Part shown: in pieces, positions 41,636 through 55,938 of the stretch
Numbering within the stretch: position 1 is the stretch's first letter
Layout of the letters: every line of letters starts with the position of its first letter
Origin: the human T2T-CHM13v2.0 reference genome, Homo sapiens
Length of the DNA stretch: 64,000 nt
Assembly: GCF_009914755.1 (NCBI RefSeq)
Contig: NC_060937.1
Reading direction: 5' to 3' (one strand)
Program-made: the position numbers and the translations under genes
Notes under the pieces: model-generated
Told to the model about the DNA's origin: nothing
Databases searched by the model: none
The model's input: the letters and a program-made list of their open reading frames with translations, nothing else

Positions 41636-44462
41636 GACACAAGATGAGAGGTTAGCTTGAGTTTCTAACTCTCAGATTTGTTATCATATTGTAAACTGCT
41701 CAAAATGTGTAAGTACCATAGATTATACAATTTGAGACTGGTGAAAAGAACATGAAAAATCACAAGACCAATTTATTCTGTTCACATGATGCTGACACAC
41801 ATTTTCTCACGATGACCAGTGTGGAAAGCTAACCTCACTTAAGCATATGACATAATGTAACGCTCTCAAAAATGAGAATCACCATCAAATTCTTCTTCAA
41901 GCTGAAACTCATTAATGGTGGTTCAAAGCCATTTCCAACCAAGAGGAGAACTGAGTCTGAAAAACCACCCCCAAGATCACCTCTACACAGGCACACACAT
42001 ACCCCAAGCTCCTGATAAGCCCCAATGCTCTTCCAGTATTATATTGTCCCAAACTCATCCTTATTTTGGTAGCCAGATTCAGATTTACATGAAAAACAGA
42101 AAGTAGGCAATCCTTAAGACAGTTAGAAACCCTTAAATGTATTTATTTCTGGATATTTTTTGCTGTAAACTGTCCTGACCACTGGTGTTTAGGGGTGAAA
42201 TCAGGGTTGGGCTTTGCAGGGCTGGGATTCAGTGTTCTTGGGAGCCTGTGCCCAACTATTTTCAAATGTATACTTTGAAATGTATATTGCACACGTAAAC
42301 ACAAAACACTGTCACAAAGCATGATTGCCCTCTAGGTCTCTAGGGCAACCAAAAAGGAAACAAAAGGCAGAATATAGAAGTTGTTGGATGTTTTTTCTTT
42401 TAATACATGCAAAATGCACTTACTGGCATGAATAGATTATCATATCCCTTTATCTTTGAGGCTTATCTGTAGCATTTTTATACAAATAGATTTGATTTCT
42501 TAGTGTATCTGTGGTTATTCAGTGCATAAAATAAATTGAGGGTGGGGTTCTTATACTCGGTCTACTGAAAACAAGTTTTTTACACAGACACTGCAACAAT
42601 CATCACTACATTCCCTCCCTCCTCATACTCTTCTAACTAGGTATCTGCATTAAGTGCCAACAATATTTTTGAAAGCCAAAATTATTTGTGAAATTAATAA
42701 TCTGAAAAATGACTCTCATCCAGCTTCAAATTGGCCTTTTGTCTCATTTGGTAGTGTTATTCATTACTCACCAACCTTATGAAATTCACAAAGAGAGACG
42801 CAGCATTATTGGTTTCTGAAATACCAGTGTGACTTAATTTCTTCAGTAAATGGGCTAAAATAGATGCATTTAAAAAATAATGGTGGATGGGAAATTTTAA
42901 TATGAAGCTTTCATTAAGAATCTAATGCCTGCCACATATGCATTGGCTTGTTACTTTTCAAACATGTTTGCTTTTTTTTTTTTTGTAGACACAGGCTTAG
43001 AGTCAAACACTCCATAATTGACTGCTTATGAATGTTTTCTATCGAATCGTTGACATTGGTGGTGTGTCACAGCTTGAGAGAGTGATCCACAAAACTTCTG
43101 TGCCACCACTGAAAGATCATAGGAATATTTGCCATTCATGTCTGTGCTTAGAATGGTATTTGATGAATACACAGCCTTTAAAGATTGTTGGATACATTTA
43201 CTATTCAGAGTCAAACTGAAGTTTTTTTTAATATTTTTATCCAATACTCTGAGGGAAAGTTATTTTTGCATTCATAGACACTTAGCAGAGTTGAATGTAC
43301 TGTATACATGTTATTTTCCAGATATAGTAAATGCTAAGGTCTGCTTTTTTATTTCTTTTTTATTTTTTCAAGAAAACAGCTTTCATCTTAGGAACTTGGT
43401 TATGTGGCATTCCTAACATAAAGAAAAACATTCTGAAGGATGCACTCATTCTTGATTTTAAAACCAGTTGAAAAGGAATTTTTCAAAGGTGATAATATAT
43501 GCCTATTGAAGGAGGGTTCCTTTAAAAATAGTTATTTTCCAGTCATAGTCTCCCTATTTTCCCTTTAAACAATGCGCACATTTTTTAAGGCCAGCTATAG
43601 AATCAAAAGTATCAGAGCTAGAAAACATCTTAAAGATTCTCTATTCCAACCACATCTTATGACACAGCATGATTGAGAGTCATCTGTGGCCATGAAATAA
43701 GTTTTTCTCTACACTAATAACTGAGCTGAATGGAGAGGGAGCAAACAAAAGTTATTAAAAGCAACTAAGTTTGTACCATATTGTTTAGCAATTTTAGGCT
43801 GCATTGCATCATCACCATCGTAATAGCACCTTTCTCTGTGAGACTCCTTCAAAACTGAGCTGCTACAGATAATCATTTCACCAATTTCCAGTAGTTCCTG
43901 CTCTAGAACACAGAATAAAACAGGTCAATGTCATGACAGGCGAAATGAAAAACAAAGGCTAAAAGCCCAAGCTTGTTAGTTGGAGAAATTTTTGGAAGGA
44001 ATGAATATCAAATAAATTATTACATAGAAAAAGGCAATCACTACTCACCAGTAACCAAAATAAGAGCTGTCTTTAGATATGTTGAAACTAATGAATTGCG
44101 ATTAGTGAATTTCAAACTTTGGGGAAGATATGGAAAGGAAGATGTTGGCATTGCCAGAATCCTAAAGCTAATCCCCCTGAAGTCATCACAAAAATCACAC
44201 TGGAAGATTCTTCTCCCTCCCACCTTCACCCTGTGCACCCCATTCCGTCTATAGCATGCCCGTTTGTGACTGCTTTTTCCCTTTAAGATTGTCTTGGAAC
44301 TTTTTATTTTGGGAAAATGTACATGAGAAATGCAGGAGGGGTGTGAGAAGAGAGAGGGACACTGATGTGGGAATGAAGAGAATGTATATAAATTATTTTT
44401 GGTCCTAATTCATTTAGAGTCTTCTGGAAAACATCATCTGTATTTTTCCATTGTTTGTGGAG

Positions 44463-44765
44463 TTTTTTCTTTGTTTTTTACTTCTTTTTTACCAACAATT
44501 AAATATTATATCTATTTATGGTGTACAGCATGATGTCTTGGTCTATGTAAACATTGTGGAATGGCTAAATGAAACTAATATGTGCACTAGCTCACATACT
44601 TACCATAGTTTTGTGACAAAAACACTTAAAATATACTCTCTTAGTGACTTTAAGTGTACAATATATTATTATTAATTATAGCCAGCATGATGTACAATAG
44701 ACCTCATGAACTTATTCATCCTGTTTGGCTAAAATTTTGTGTCCTTGACCAACATCTTCCCAATC
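44463..44765 (-). mobile_element. L1MA-type 3' end
   Basis: TATTTATGGTGTACAGCATGATG...GTGGAATGGCTAAAT...TTGACCAACATCTTCCC. Confidence 0.85.
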
Positions 44766-45576
44766 TGCCTATGCTATTTCATTTCTCAATTTGATTCCAT
44801 TGACATTTTCCCACTCAGCTGTTATTTCACATCAAACTGATGACTCCTGACAAGATTCTCAATAGAAATTATTATTGGAGCCATTATAGATACCTTAAAC
44901 TAAAAATTTTTAAAAATACAATAATGTCAAATGGATGGTAAGAGCTTTCATGTTGCTATTCATACAGCTGTCTTTTTTTAAAATTTGTAATATGGGCTTT
45001 ATTATTGTTTATGTTTCTATAAAACCATTAAAAATGATTATTTTTAATGAAGAGATTATTTTACAGTTTTACTTGTTTTGCTTGTTTTATTTTTATTCAA
45101 GATCCAAGTTTAAACAAATAGAGTAATGATAGCTTTTCTAGAAAAACATGAACATCATTCTTTGATAATAAAAATGTCTTTACTGTTAAACAGTAGGAAT
45201 TTTAATTATGCAATGAAAGGTACTAGACATTTCAGGAAGGGGTTTATACAAATATCCTCATCTCAGGCTATTATTTCTCTTAAAACAATCAAATTACTAA
45301 AGCCTGAAAGTACTTCAGCCAAAGTTATATCAGACTGAGGAAATGTAAGGCTTCCAGTGTGTGCCACCATTACAAGTATGCTGATGAGAACATGGATATC
45401 ACCTTTGAGGCCCTCTTATTGGGGTTTTCCTTTTTGAAAAGAAGAACAAAAAAACAAAATTTTTTTGTTTCAATGTGATTGTGTCATTTTGATAAATTCA
45501 TTTCCTAGTCCTGACATACCCTTAAAGTGTGAAACTTTCTCTTGCACATAGAACTGTTCATGGGCTTCCAACGTCT

Positions 45577-48500
45577 TTTTATTATTATTATTGTCATGCT
45601 TTAAGTTCTGGTATACATGTGCAGAACGTGCAGGCTTGTTATATAGGTATACATGTGCCATGGTGGTTTGCTGCACCCATCAACCCATCATCTATGTAAG
45701 GTATTTCTTCTAATGCTATCCCTCCCCTAGCCCCCCACCCCCTGCCAGGCCCCAGAATGTGATGTTCCACTCCCTGTGTCCATGTGTTCTCATTGTTCAA
45801 CTCCCACTTATGAGTGAGAACATGGGGTGTTTGGTTTTCTGTTCCTGTGTTAGTTTGCTGAGAATGATGGTTTCCAGCTTCATCTATGTCCCTGCAAATA
45901 ACATAAACTTATCCTTTTTTATGGCTGCATAGTTTTCCATGATGTATATGTGCCACGTTTTCTTTATCCAGTCTATCACTGATAGGCATTTGAGTTGGTT
46001 CCAAGTCTTTGCTATTGTGAAGAGTGCTGCAGTAAACATGTGTGCATGTGTCTTTATAGTAGAATGATTTATAATCCTTTGGCTATATACCCAGTAATGG
46101 GGTTTCTGGGTCAAATGGTATTTTTGGTTCTAGATCCTTGAGAAATCGCCACACTGTCTTCCACAAGGGTTGAACTAATTTACACTCCCACCAACAGTAT
46201 AAAAGCATTCCTATTTCTCCACATCCTCTCCAGCGTCTGTTGTTTCCTGACTTTTCAACTATCCCATTCTAACTGGAATGAGGTAGTATCTCATTGTGGT
46301 TTTGATTTGCATTTCTCTAATGACCAGTGATGATGAGCTTTTTTTCAGATGTTTGTTGGCTGCATAAATGTCTTCTTTTGAGAAGTGTCTGTTCATATCC
46401 TTTACCTACTTTTTTATGGTGTTGTTTTTTTTTTCTTGTAAATTTGTTTAAGTTTCTTGTAGATTATGGATATTAGCTCTTTGTCAGATGGATAGATTGC
46501 AAAAGTTTTCTCCCTTTCTGTAGGTTGCCTGTTCACTCTGATGATAGTTACTTTTGCTGTGCAGAAGCTCTTTAGTTTAATTGGATCCCATTTGTCCATT
46601 TTGGCTTTTGTTGCCATTGCTTTTGGTGTTTTAGTCAGGAAGTCTTTGCCCATGCGTATGTACTGAATGGTGTTGCCTAGGTTTTCTTCTAGGGTTTTAA
46701 CGGTTTTAGGTCTTATGTTTAAGTCTTTAATCCATCTTGAGTTAATTTTTGTATAAGGTGTAAGGAAGAGGTCCAGTTTCAGTTTTCTGCATATGGCTAG
46801 CCAGTTTTCCCAACACCATTTATTAAGTAGGGAATCCTTTCCCAATTGCGGTTTTTGTCAGGTTTGTCAAATATCAGATGGTTATAGATGAGCAGCGTTA
46901 TTTCTGAGGCCTCTGTTCTGTTGCATTGGTCTATATATCTGTTTTGGTACCAGTGCCATGCTGTTTTGATTACTGTAGCCTTTTAGTATAGTTTGAAATC
47001 AGGTAGTGTGATGCCTCAGCTTTGTTCTTTTTGCTTAGGATTGTCTTGTCTATATGGGCTCTTTTTTGGTTTCATATGAAATTTAAAGTAGTTTTTTCTA
47101 ATTCTGTGAAGAAAGTCAATAATAACGTGATGGGGATAGCAATGAATCTATAAATTACTTTGGGTAGTATGCCATTTTCATGCTATTGATTCTTCCTATC
47201 CATCCTATCCATGAGCATGGAATGTTTTTCCATATGTTTGTGTCCTCTCTTGTTTCCTTGAGCAGTGGTTTGTAGTTCTTCTTGAAGAGGTCCTTCACAT
47301 CACTTGTAAGTTGTATTCCTAGATTATTCTCTCTGTAGCAATTGTGATGGGTGTTCACTCATGATTTGGCTCTCTCTTGTCTATTATTGGTGTATAGGAA
47401 TGCTTGTGATTTTTACACATAGATTTTGTATCCTGAGACTTTGCTGAAGTTGCTTATCAGCTTAAGGAGATTTGGGGCTGAGACGATGGGGTTTTATAAA
47501 TATACAGTCATGTCCTCTGCAAACAGAGACAATTTGACTTCCTCTCTTCCTATTTGAATATACTTTATTTCTTTCTCTTGCCTGATTTCCCTGGCCAGAA
47601 CTTCCAATATTATGTTGAATGGGAGTGGTGAGAGAGGGCATCCTTGTCTTGTGCCAGTTTTCAAAGGGAATGCTTCCAGCATTTGCTCATTTAGTATGAT
47701 ACTGGCTGTGGGTTTGTCATAAATAGCTCTTATTATTTTGAGATACATGCCATCAATAGCCAGTTGATTGAGAGTTTTTAGCGTGAAGGGGTGTTGAATT
47801 TTATTGAAGGCCTTTTCCGCATCTATTGAGATAATCATGTGGCTTTTGTCGTTGATTCTGTTTATGTTATGGATTATGTTTATTGATTTGTGTTTGTTGA
47901 GCCAGCCTTGCATCCCAGGGGTGAAGCTGACTTGATCGTGGTGGATAAGCTTTTTGACATGCTGCTGGATTCGGTTTGCCAGTATTTTACTGAGGATTTT
48001 CGCATCGATGTTCATCAGGGATATTGGCCTGAAATTTTATTTTTCGTTGTGTCTCTGCCAGGTTTTAGTATTATGATGATGCTGGCCTCATAAAATGAGT
48101 TAGGGAGGAGTCCCCCTTTTTCTATTGTCTGGAATAGTTTCAGAAGAAATGGTACCAGCTCCTCTTTGTACCTCTGGTAGAATTTGGCTGTGAATCCATC
48201 TGGTCCTGGGCTTTTTTGGTTGGTAGGCTATTAATTACTACCTCAATTTCAGAACCTGTTATTGGTCTATTCAGAGATTCAACCTCTTCCTGGTTTAGTC
48301 TTGGGAGGGTGTCTGTGTCCAGGAATTTATCCATTTCTTCTAGATTTTCTAGTTTATTTGCATGGAAGTGTTTATAGTATTCTCTGATGGTGGTTTGTAT
48401 TTCTGTGGGATCAGTGGTGATATCCCCTTTATTATTTTTTGTTTCTATTTGATTCTTCTCCCTTTTCTTCTTTATTAGTCTGGCAGCAGTCTAACTCTTT

Positions 48501-48802
48501 TGTTAATCTTTTCAAAAAAAAAAGCTCCTGGATGCATTGATTTTTTACAGGGTTTTTCATGTCTTATCTACTTCAGTTCTGCTCTGATCTTAGTTATTTC
48601 TTGTTTTCTGCTAGCTTTTGAATTTGTTTGCTCTTGCTTCTCTGATTCTTTTAATTGTGATGTTAGGGTGTTGATTTTAGGTCTTTCCTGCTTTCTCCTG
48701 TGGGCATTTAGTGCTATACATTTCCCTGTAAACACTGCTTTAGCTGTGTTCCTGGTACGTAGGGTCTTTGTTCTCATTGGTTTCAAAGAGCTTATTTATT
48801 TC
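45577..48802 (-). mobile_element. 5'-truncated L1PA (about L1PA7/8), 3.2 kb: 3'UTR plus most of a disrupted ORF2
   Basis: ORF pieces [19 protein letters not shown]...[10 protein letters not shown]...LSLFAEDM (RT; FADD changed to FAED), [17 protein letters not shown]; multiple frameshifts and stops. Confidence 0.97.
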
Positions 48803-51800
48803 ATACAGCTCTCTTTAGAAAATTTTGCCAACTTGCCTAGACGGGTGTCTTAAAAGCTTTCATTAATTGGTTGATCTAGTTCTCTACGATTGATGACATA
48901 TGCTGGTTACTTGAGCTTGGAAGTAGCTCTATTGATACATGCCTACTTATTCACTTTGGTTTGTGTTTTATGTTGCTGGTATCATCATCTCTGTTTGACT
49001 CTTCTCATCTGTCTTGCCCACTGTTCCTAGTTGTCTCTCTCTTTTCTTTCCAGACTTCTAGTTAAGTATCTTATTCTAAGCATCAGATGGTAAATTATAT
49101 TTTCTGTTTCTTGAGCTAAATAGATTGATTCCCATCCCCACTTTAAATCTCAGAAAGAATTAAGAATATGCCTTTCTTGGCAAAATGAATAGAAAGCCAT
49201 CTCTGATTCTGACCTTCACCTATGGACAGACTACAGTAGAAGACAATTTCCAACTGTGGTAATTTATCAACTCATTAACATGTCTCTGATGAGGCACTTT
49301 GAATAATCCATCAGGAGATAGACTGGGAAATGCAAACACTACTTACAAACAATTACTAGTGCTGCCCAACTATATTCTTGGCACACCATTTTTATATCCC
49401 CTCAGTGGGAATAGTTTGAATCCACACGTAGTGACTACTCATATTTTAAGGCACTCCTGTTTGGTTTTTGTTTTACTATTTTTTATGCCAACGGGCATTT
49501 GGGAAACAACAGAAAGTATGAACTTACTCACTGTACTAATGGAATATATCTTTGGTCTAGTTAGTATTCACAGTATTAAAATCAAAGACTAGCTAGTGAG
49601 ATGTTATAAAGAATATGGAAATATATACAGCCCTTTTCTGGAAAGACACTAATCTAATCACCTGCTGACCTCAGAGCTACAGCTAAACTTTGAGACAACC
49701 GTAAAGCCTACGTCCCCTCACCATGTGCCTCAGCACACCCATGGGACTGTCAGCATTAATGCTGATGCCCCACCTCCACCCACCCTGCCCTTCATCACCT
49801 AAAGCTCTCAGCCAGAAAGTGGTGACAGAGGCGGCTGGCATTGTATGTCAACAGATTATCAGGATGGTTAGTAATATTTCCTTGCTAGGAACCTTTTTAA
49901 ATCCCTGCATTGGCAATCCTAAAGCTCTGTTGATTTTTGTTACTTGCTGATAAGGCTTTTAATGGCCAAAGCCAGATATATTTTTAGATCTTTTGTCACC
50001 CTGGGTCCCCTGTCACTCACTGAGGTTGGAATCAGCAGGCTATTAGTTTACCCAATGTATCATCTCAAGTTCTATGAAACAGGGGAATGCAGCAAGTAGG
50101 CCTCCTGATTGTGGAATTTACTTTTGATTTTTATTCACAGAGCACTGTCATTTCTGCCTTTAAAACTAAAATGAAAACATCTGTCTGCAGCTGTGTTAGA
50201 AATCTCTTAAGGAAAACATATTGTAAAGCATCCTGTGAATTTTTATTAAAGCTATATGTATATATGTGTGTGTATATATATATATATAATGTCTGTTTGC
50301 TTAACACATCAAAATATATTTCAAATATTTTAAAATTACTGGTTAGTTCTTTTTTCCCCTGTGATAAATACTTAGAATCTTTTGTCAAATTAAATAGCAG
50401 CATTAAAAAAAATAGAAGGTAACAAACCATCAAATGAGGAACTAGATGAACTGTAGGAAGAAAAAAAATCTTCAGCACATCAAGAACTATTGGACCAGTG
50501 TCCTTGAAAAGATATAATATGAAAAAAAAATCCTTTGCTCACCACTGAAATGTTCTTTAACTGGAGGTTTCTTGTTCATAGAAATAAATCCCTGTGGGTA
50601 ATCTCTCACTTATAACTGTGACTGTCTCCCGCTTATGCAGAAGAATGTAACAAGAGTAGAAAGAAGTATAAAAGAGGAATTTGAAGGGGTTTTACCAGTG
50701 CAGTTTGTTGGGGAAGGAGCAACACTAACATCAAGGTAAAGGAGGCATGCAGGAAGCAGTCCGTCAGGCAAAGGGAACACATTGTGGACTTGAACTAGGA
50801 GATAAACACATGGCAAAGCTCAACCCAACAAGAGGGAAAAGGAAGACGTCCTGTTGAGTATGCAATGTCATACTTTTCGGAAATAGTATGTTTTAAATGT
50901 TTAAATTACAAAATCAAACTGCAAAAAAAAATTGATAGAGTGGCACTACTTTATTTAAAGATCCTCCATGGTCTCCTTTTAGAGAACATTTTAAAGATAG
51001 GTCCTCTATCTCTATAGAAAGATAGGCACCTCTCTATCAAATATAGGTTCTCTTCTGGTAGAGACCCAAAACATGTTCCATTAGTAGTACAGTGAGTAAG
51101 GTCATACTTTCTGTTGTTCCACACAGAATGACAGGTAACACAGTGGGCAGGACATGGTAGAGACAAAAAGTTCACTGTGTTAAAATGTAGTGAAAAAAAC
51201 CCACATGGAGAATAACGTGTTCACGTGACACACGATGAAGTTTTAGAAAAAAGTAACTCAGAAGAAAAGAGCCTTTTAATAGAAAGTGCGAACATAATTT
51301 GAAGACATTGTGAAATGTGATAAAGATTATACACTAAAATTTCCTAGAAAAATAAGCCAGATATAGCCTAAATTACATCATCTCATCCAGTTGTACGTTT
51401 TCTGTTGGTCCTAAAACTATATAGTCCCTTTCACTAAATCTTAGCTACTTCCTCCTGCAAAACCTGCATCTTTCAGGATAGGCAGCTACCTCACTTTCAA
51501 GAACTAACACTAACCCATATGGTTAACAGCTGAAGAGACACAAAGAGAGAAAAATACTGTACTAACCCTGACACCTAGGAATGTGTGGGGCACACAGTAA
51601 GTGTTCAATAAATCTGTGAACCACTAAATGAAGGAAAGCAGATAGTCGCACTGTGTAGGAGGGTAGGATCTGTCAAATATGCTCACCAGAGATCCTGTTC
51701 ACTCCACTTACTTCACATCAATTTTCAAAGGAATAAAGTAATATGCAAGTTTGGAATGCTATGCAAACATCACATTGCCCCCCTCAGTATTGGCCTCTAA

Positions 51801-52006
51801 AGCTCAGCAATAGGAATTTCCTACTATGTTTTTCCAAGGAATTCTGTCACTTCCAAAATAATGAAATTGCACTTCCTATGATAATTTTGATATTGCCAAA
51901 GCTAAAATTCATCTTTATGTTGATTCTCTCTGACTCTTTCAGTTTTTTACAAAGTAGATTACAATTATGCAGAAAAACTGTTTTTAATAGCCATGTACTA
52001 TTTTGT

Positions 52007-52013
<7 letters not shown>

Positions 52014-52083
<70 letters not shown>
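52014..52083. repeat. Compound microsatellite (CT)n-(AT)n-Tn-(GT)n
   Basis: About 12 CT, 8 AT and 12 GT units in direct succession. Confidence 0.95.
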
Positions 52084-52138
52084 AGGCAGGGTCTTGTTCT
52101 GTTACCTAAGCTGGAGTATAGTGGTGCAATCATAGCTT
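52082..52138 (-). mobile_element. AluJ-like 3'-terminal fragment (about 55 bp)
   Basis: TGAGGCAGGGTCTTGTTCTGTTACCTAAGCTGGAGTATAGTGGTGCAATCATAGCT. Confidence 0.8.
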
Positions 52139-52178
52139 TGTGTGTTTTTTATATTTCCTCAATGTTTTCTTTTGTTAC

Positions 52179-52567
52179 TGATATGATTTGGTTCTCAGTC
52201 CCCACCCAAGTCTCATTTTGAATTGTAATCCCCAGTCTTAGGGGAGGTATCTGGTGGGAAGTGACTGACTTATGGGGGCAGATTTCCTCCTTGCTGTTCT
52301 CATGATAGTGAATAAGTTCTCATGAGATCTGACAGTTTAAAAGTGTGGGGCACTTCCCCTTTCACTCTCTCTTTCTCTCTCCTGATCCACCATGGTAAGA
52401 TGTCCTTCCATCCTCTTCACCATAAGCCATGATTGTAAGTTTCCTGAGGCCTCTCAGCGATGCTTCCTCTTAAGCCTGTGGAACTGTGAGTCAATTAAAC
52501 CTCTTTTCTTCATAAATTATCTAGTCTCAGGTAGTTCTTTATAGCAGCGTGAGAATGGACTAATACA
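52179..52567 (+). mobile_element. MSTA-like MaLR solo LTR
   Basis: TGATATGATTTGG...GGACTAATACA; TSD GTTAC/CTTAC. Confidence 0.9.
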
Positions 52568-53761
52568 CTTACTAGTACTAGAAGGGCAATAATTACAAGG
52601 AAAATACTGATAACATGACCAGGGAGGTAGGAATATATCATAACAAAATATATCATTTTAAACATGTCTTATTTTTCCATACAATTTTTTATTTGTCTGT
52701 TCTTGTAAATAATCCAGTATGTATATAATGATCATTTTATATTTTATGCTCTATGAAGTATGTACAAATAAAATTCATAGACATGCCATTGAAATATTTG
52801 AAATCTAATTATAAGACAAAGTATATACATGTGAAATAATTAGAAAGAGGACACTATGTGGTTCAAATGCATAACACACAAACTGTGCGCTTCATTATTT
52901 AGATGGGGTAATATCAGGACACCAGGAAGTCAGGTTTATCTTCAAGGCATCTTGGATAAGGTAAAATTTGAACCAGATTTTTCTTAAAAAATTGTGTAAA
53001 TACTTTGATTAAGATGGACAAGGACTTTCCATCCAAGAGAATAGCATGTATAAAGTAAATCACTAGCATAAAAATTTAGAGGTAAATGCAGATTGATCTA
53101 ACATTGCTCTAGGCCCATTGAATATTTCTGAATACGATTTTTCAGTGTGTTAAATTTAACCAGATTGAAGATTTTAAGACCCATCCTAGTGAACAATTTT
53201 AAATGAAGGATTTGCTTTGTAATGAGGCATTTGCATTCAATCATAAATTTGGAATGCAACATCTTTAACTTGGTTATTTCTACTAGAATAGGTTCTTTGA
53301 GGGTATTATGCTTATCCTGTAGTAAAGACACAGATTCCTCAAAATTTATTTCAAGTGTAAAAGATGAGAGGAATACTTATTTATAGAGAAACCTGGAAAA
53401 TATAGTACTTACAATAGCAAACTAAGAGTTGTGTAATAAAAATTTCAGAAATGCTATCACTAAACTATTTACAGAAGCTCCAGAGCGCTATTTTTGAAAG
53501 AAAGACAGAAACAGAAATTTTAGAAAAGTGATTCACAAGACTGAAGCTATTGATAGAGAAAAGCTGAAGTACTAAGGAACAGATGAGTCAGAAGCAAATT
53601 TAGGAGAAACACATCAAAGAAAGTCTTAAAAATTTATCATTTGGGAGGGACTATAATTCACTCTAGCTAGAAAAAGCAAAAAGAATAGAAGAAAGTACAT
53701 TTACATAGAATTAAACTTAAATTAGCAAGTATTCTTAGGAATTTTTTAAACTGCCTACCTC

Positions 53762-54737
<976 letters not shown>

Positions 54738-54771
54738 TTCTCTTTCTACATAAGAGTATTCCCCTGCACCT

Positions 54772-54811
54772 TGCAGTAGTCCCCCCTTATCTGAGGGAAA
54801 TAAATTTCAAG
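54772..54811 (+). mobile_element. Isolated 40-bp MER44/Tigger7 terminal fragment
   Basis: TGCAGTAGTCCCCCCTTATCTGAGGGAAATAAATTTCAAG, similar to 56048-56087. Confidence 0.7.
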
Positions 54812-54814
54812 CAT

Positions 54815-55935
54815 TTTAACCTGTGCTTTCCACGCATCCATCCAATCCCATGTCACCCTACCCTCTCCATCCTATGGCATCATATCCTGGATTCCAGAGA
54901 AACTTACAGTCTATCTATTCCCTCAGTGTGTTCAAACACAACTTGTCAATTAGTCCTTCCTCAATATTTTAATAAACCTTTCAACCCACTTCCCTTCTAG
55001 TAACTCCCTATATCTCTCTTCCTCATCTTATTAAACAGAATGGACATTTTTATCCTAATATCTCTTGATTTCTCAACATTGTTTAATACATGTTTCTTCT
55101 TGAAAAGGTGTCTTCTCTTGACTTCCATGAAACAATAATCTTCTGTTTTACCTCCTACCTTTCTGATTTTCTCTTGTGTCTTTGTTTAGGCCCAGGTTCC
55201 TCTACCAAACCTTTATTTACTAAAGTTATTTAAAGTCCAAACTTAAACAAAGTCCTCATGTGAGTCTGATACATGAAAGGGATCTCGATCCAGACCCCAA
55301 GAGAGGGTTCTTGGATCTCATGCAAAAAATAATTAAGGGCAAGTCCATAGAGTAAAGTGAAAGTAAGTTTATTAGGAAGTAAAGGCATAAACGAAGGGCT
55401 ACTTTTACAAATAAAAGAGTAAAAGAATGCTCCATAGATATAGCAGCCCCGAAGGCAGCTGGTTGCCAATTTTTATGGTTATTTCTTGATTATATGCTAA
55501 GCAAGGGGTGCATTATTCATGCCTCCCCTTTTTAGACAATATAGGGTAACTTTCTGACTTTGCCATGGCATTTGTAAACTGTTATGGCACTGGTGGAAGA
55601 GTAGCAGTGAGGACAACCAGAGGTCACTCATCATCATCTTGATTTTGGTGGGTTTTAGCCAGCTTCTTTATTGCAACCTGTTTTATCAACAAGGTCTTTA
55701 TGACTGGTTATCTTGTGCCAACCTCCCGTCTCACCCTGTGACTTAGAATGTTTAACCATCTGGGAATGCAGCCCAGCAGGTCTCAGCCTCTGACAACTCT
55801 ACCCTCTCCTCAGGCAATCACATCTATGCCCACAATTTCAATTCCCACCTACATATATTTGATTTCAAAATGTATATATCTAAAGCAGACTTTTTCACTT
55901 CTAATAAATTTTCTATTTTCACCTTTGAATCCCTA
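54815..55935 (+). mobile_element. L2 remnant interrupted by MER41A
   Basis: CTTCTTGAAA...CTTCTCTTGACTTCCATGA...TCCTACCTTTCTG pyrimidine-rich sense L2. Confidence 0.55.
55267..55795 (-). mobile_element. MER41A-like ERV1 solo LTR
   Basis: GATCCAGACCCCAAGAGAGGGTTCTTGGATCTC; reverse strand AAAAAGGGGAGGCATGAATAAT (no GAS insert); TSD AGTC/ACTC. Confidence 0.9.
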
Positions 55936-55938
55936 AGG

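Noticed and set aside
42324-42349. TTGCCCT...AGGGCAA short inverted repeat, RFX/CTCF-like
   Set aside because: Only 7-bp arms and partial motif matches; expected by chance.
45884-48786. RT-like ORFs
   Set aside because: Fragments of L1 ORF2 from a 5'-truncated, frameshifted L1PA with FADD changed to FAED; not a gene or an active element.
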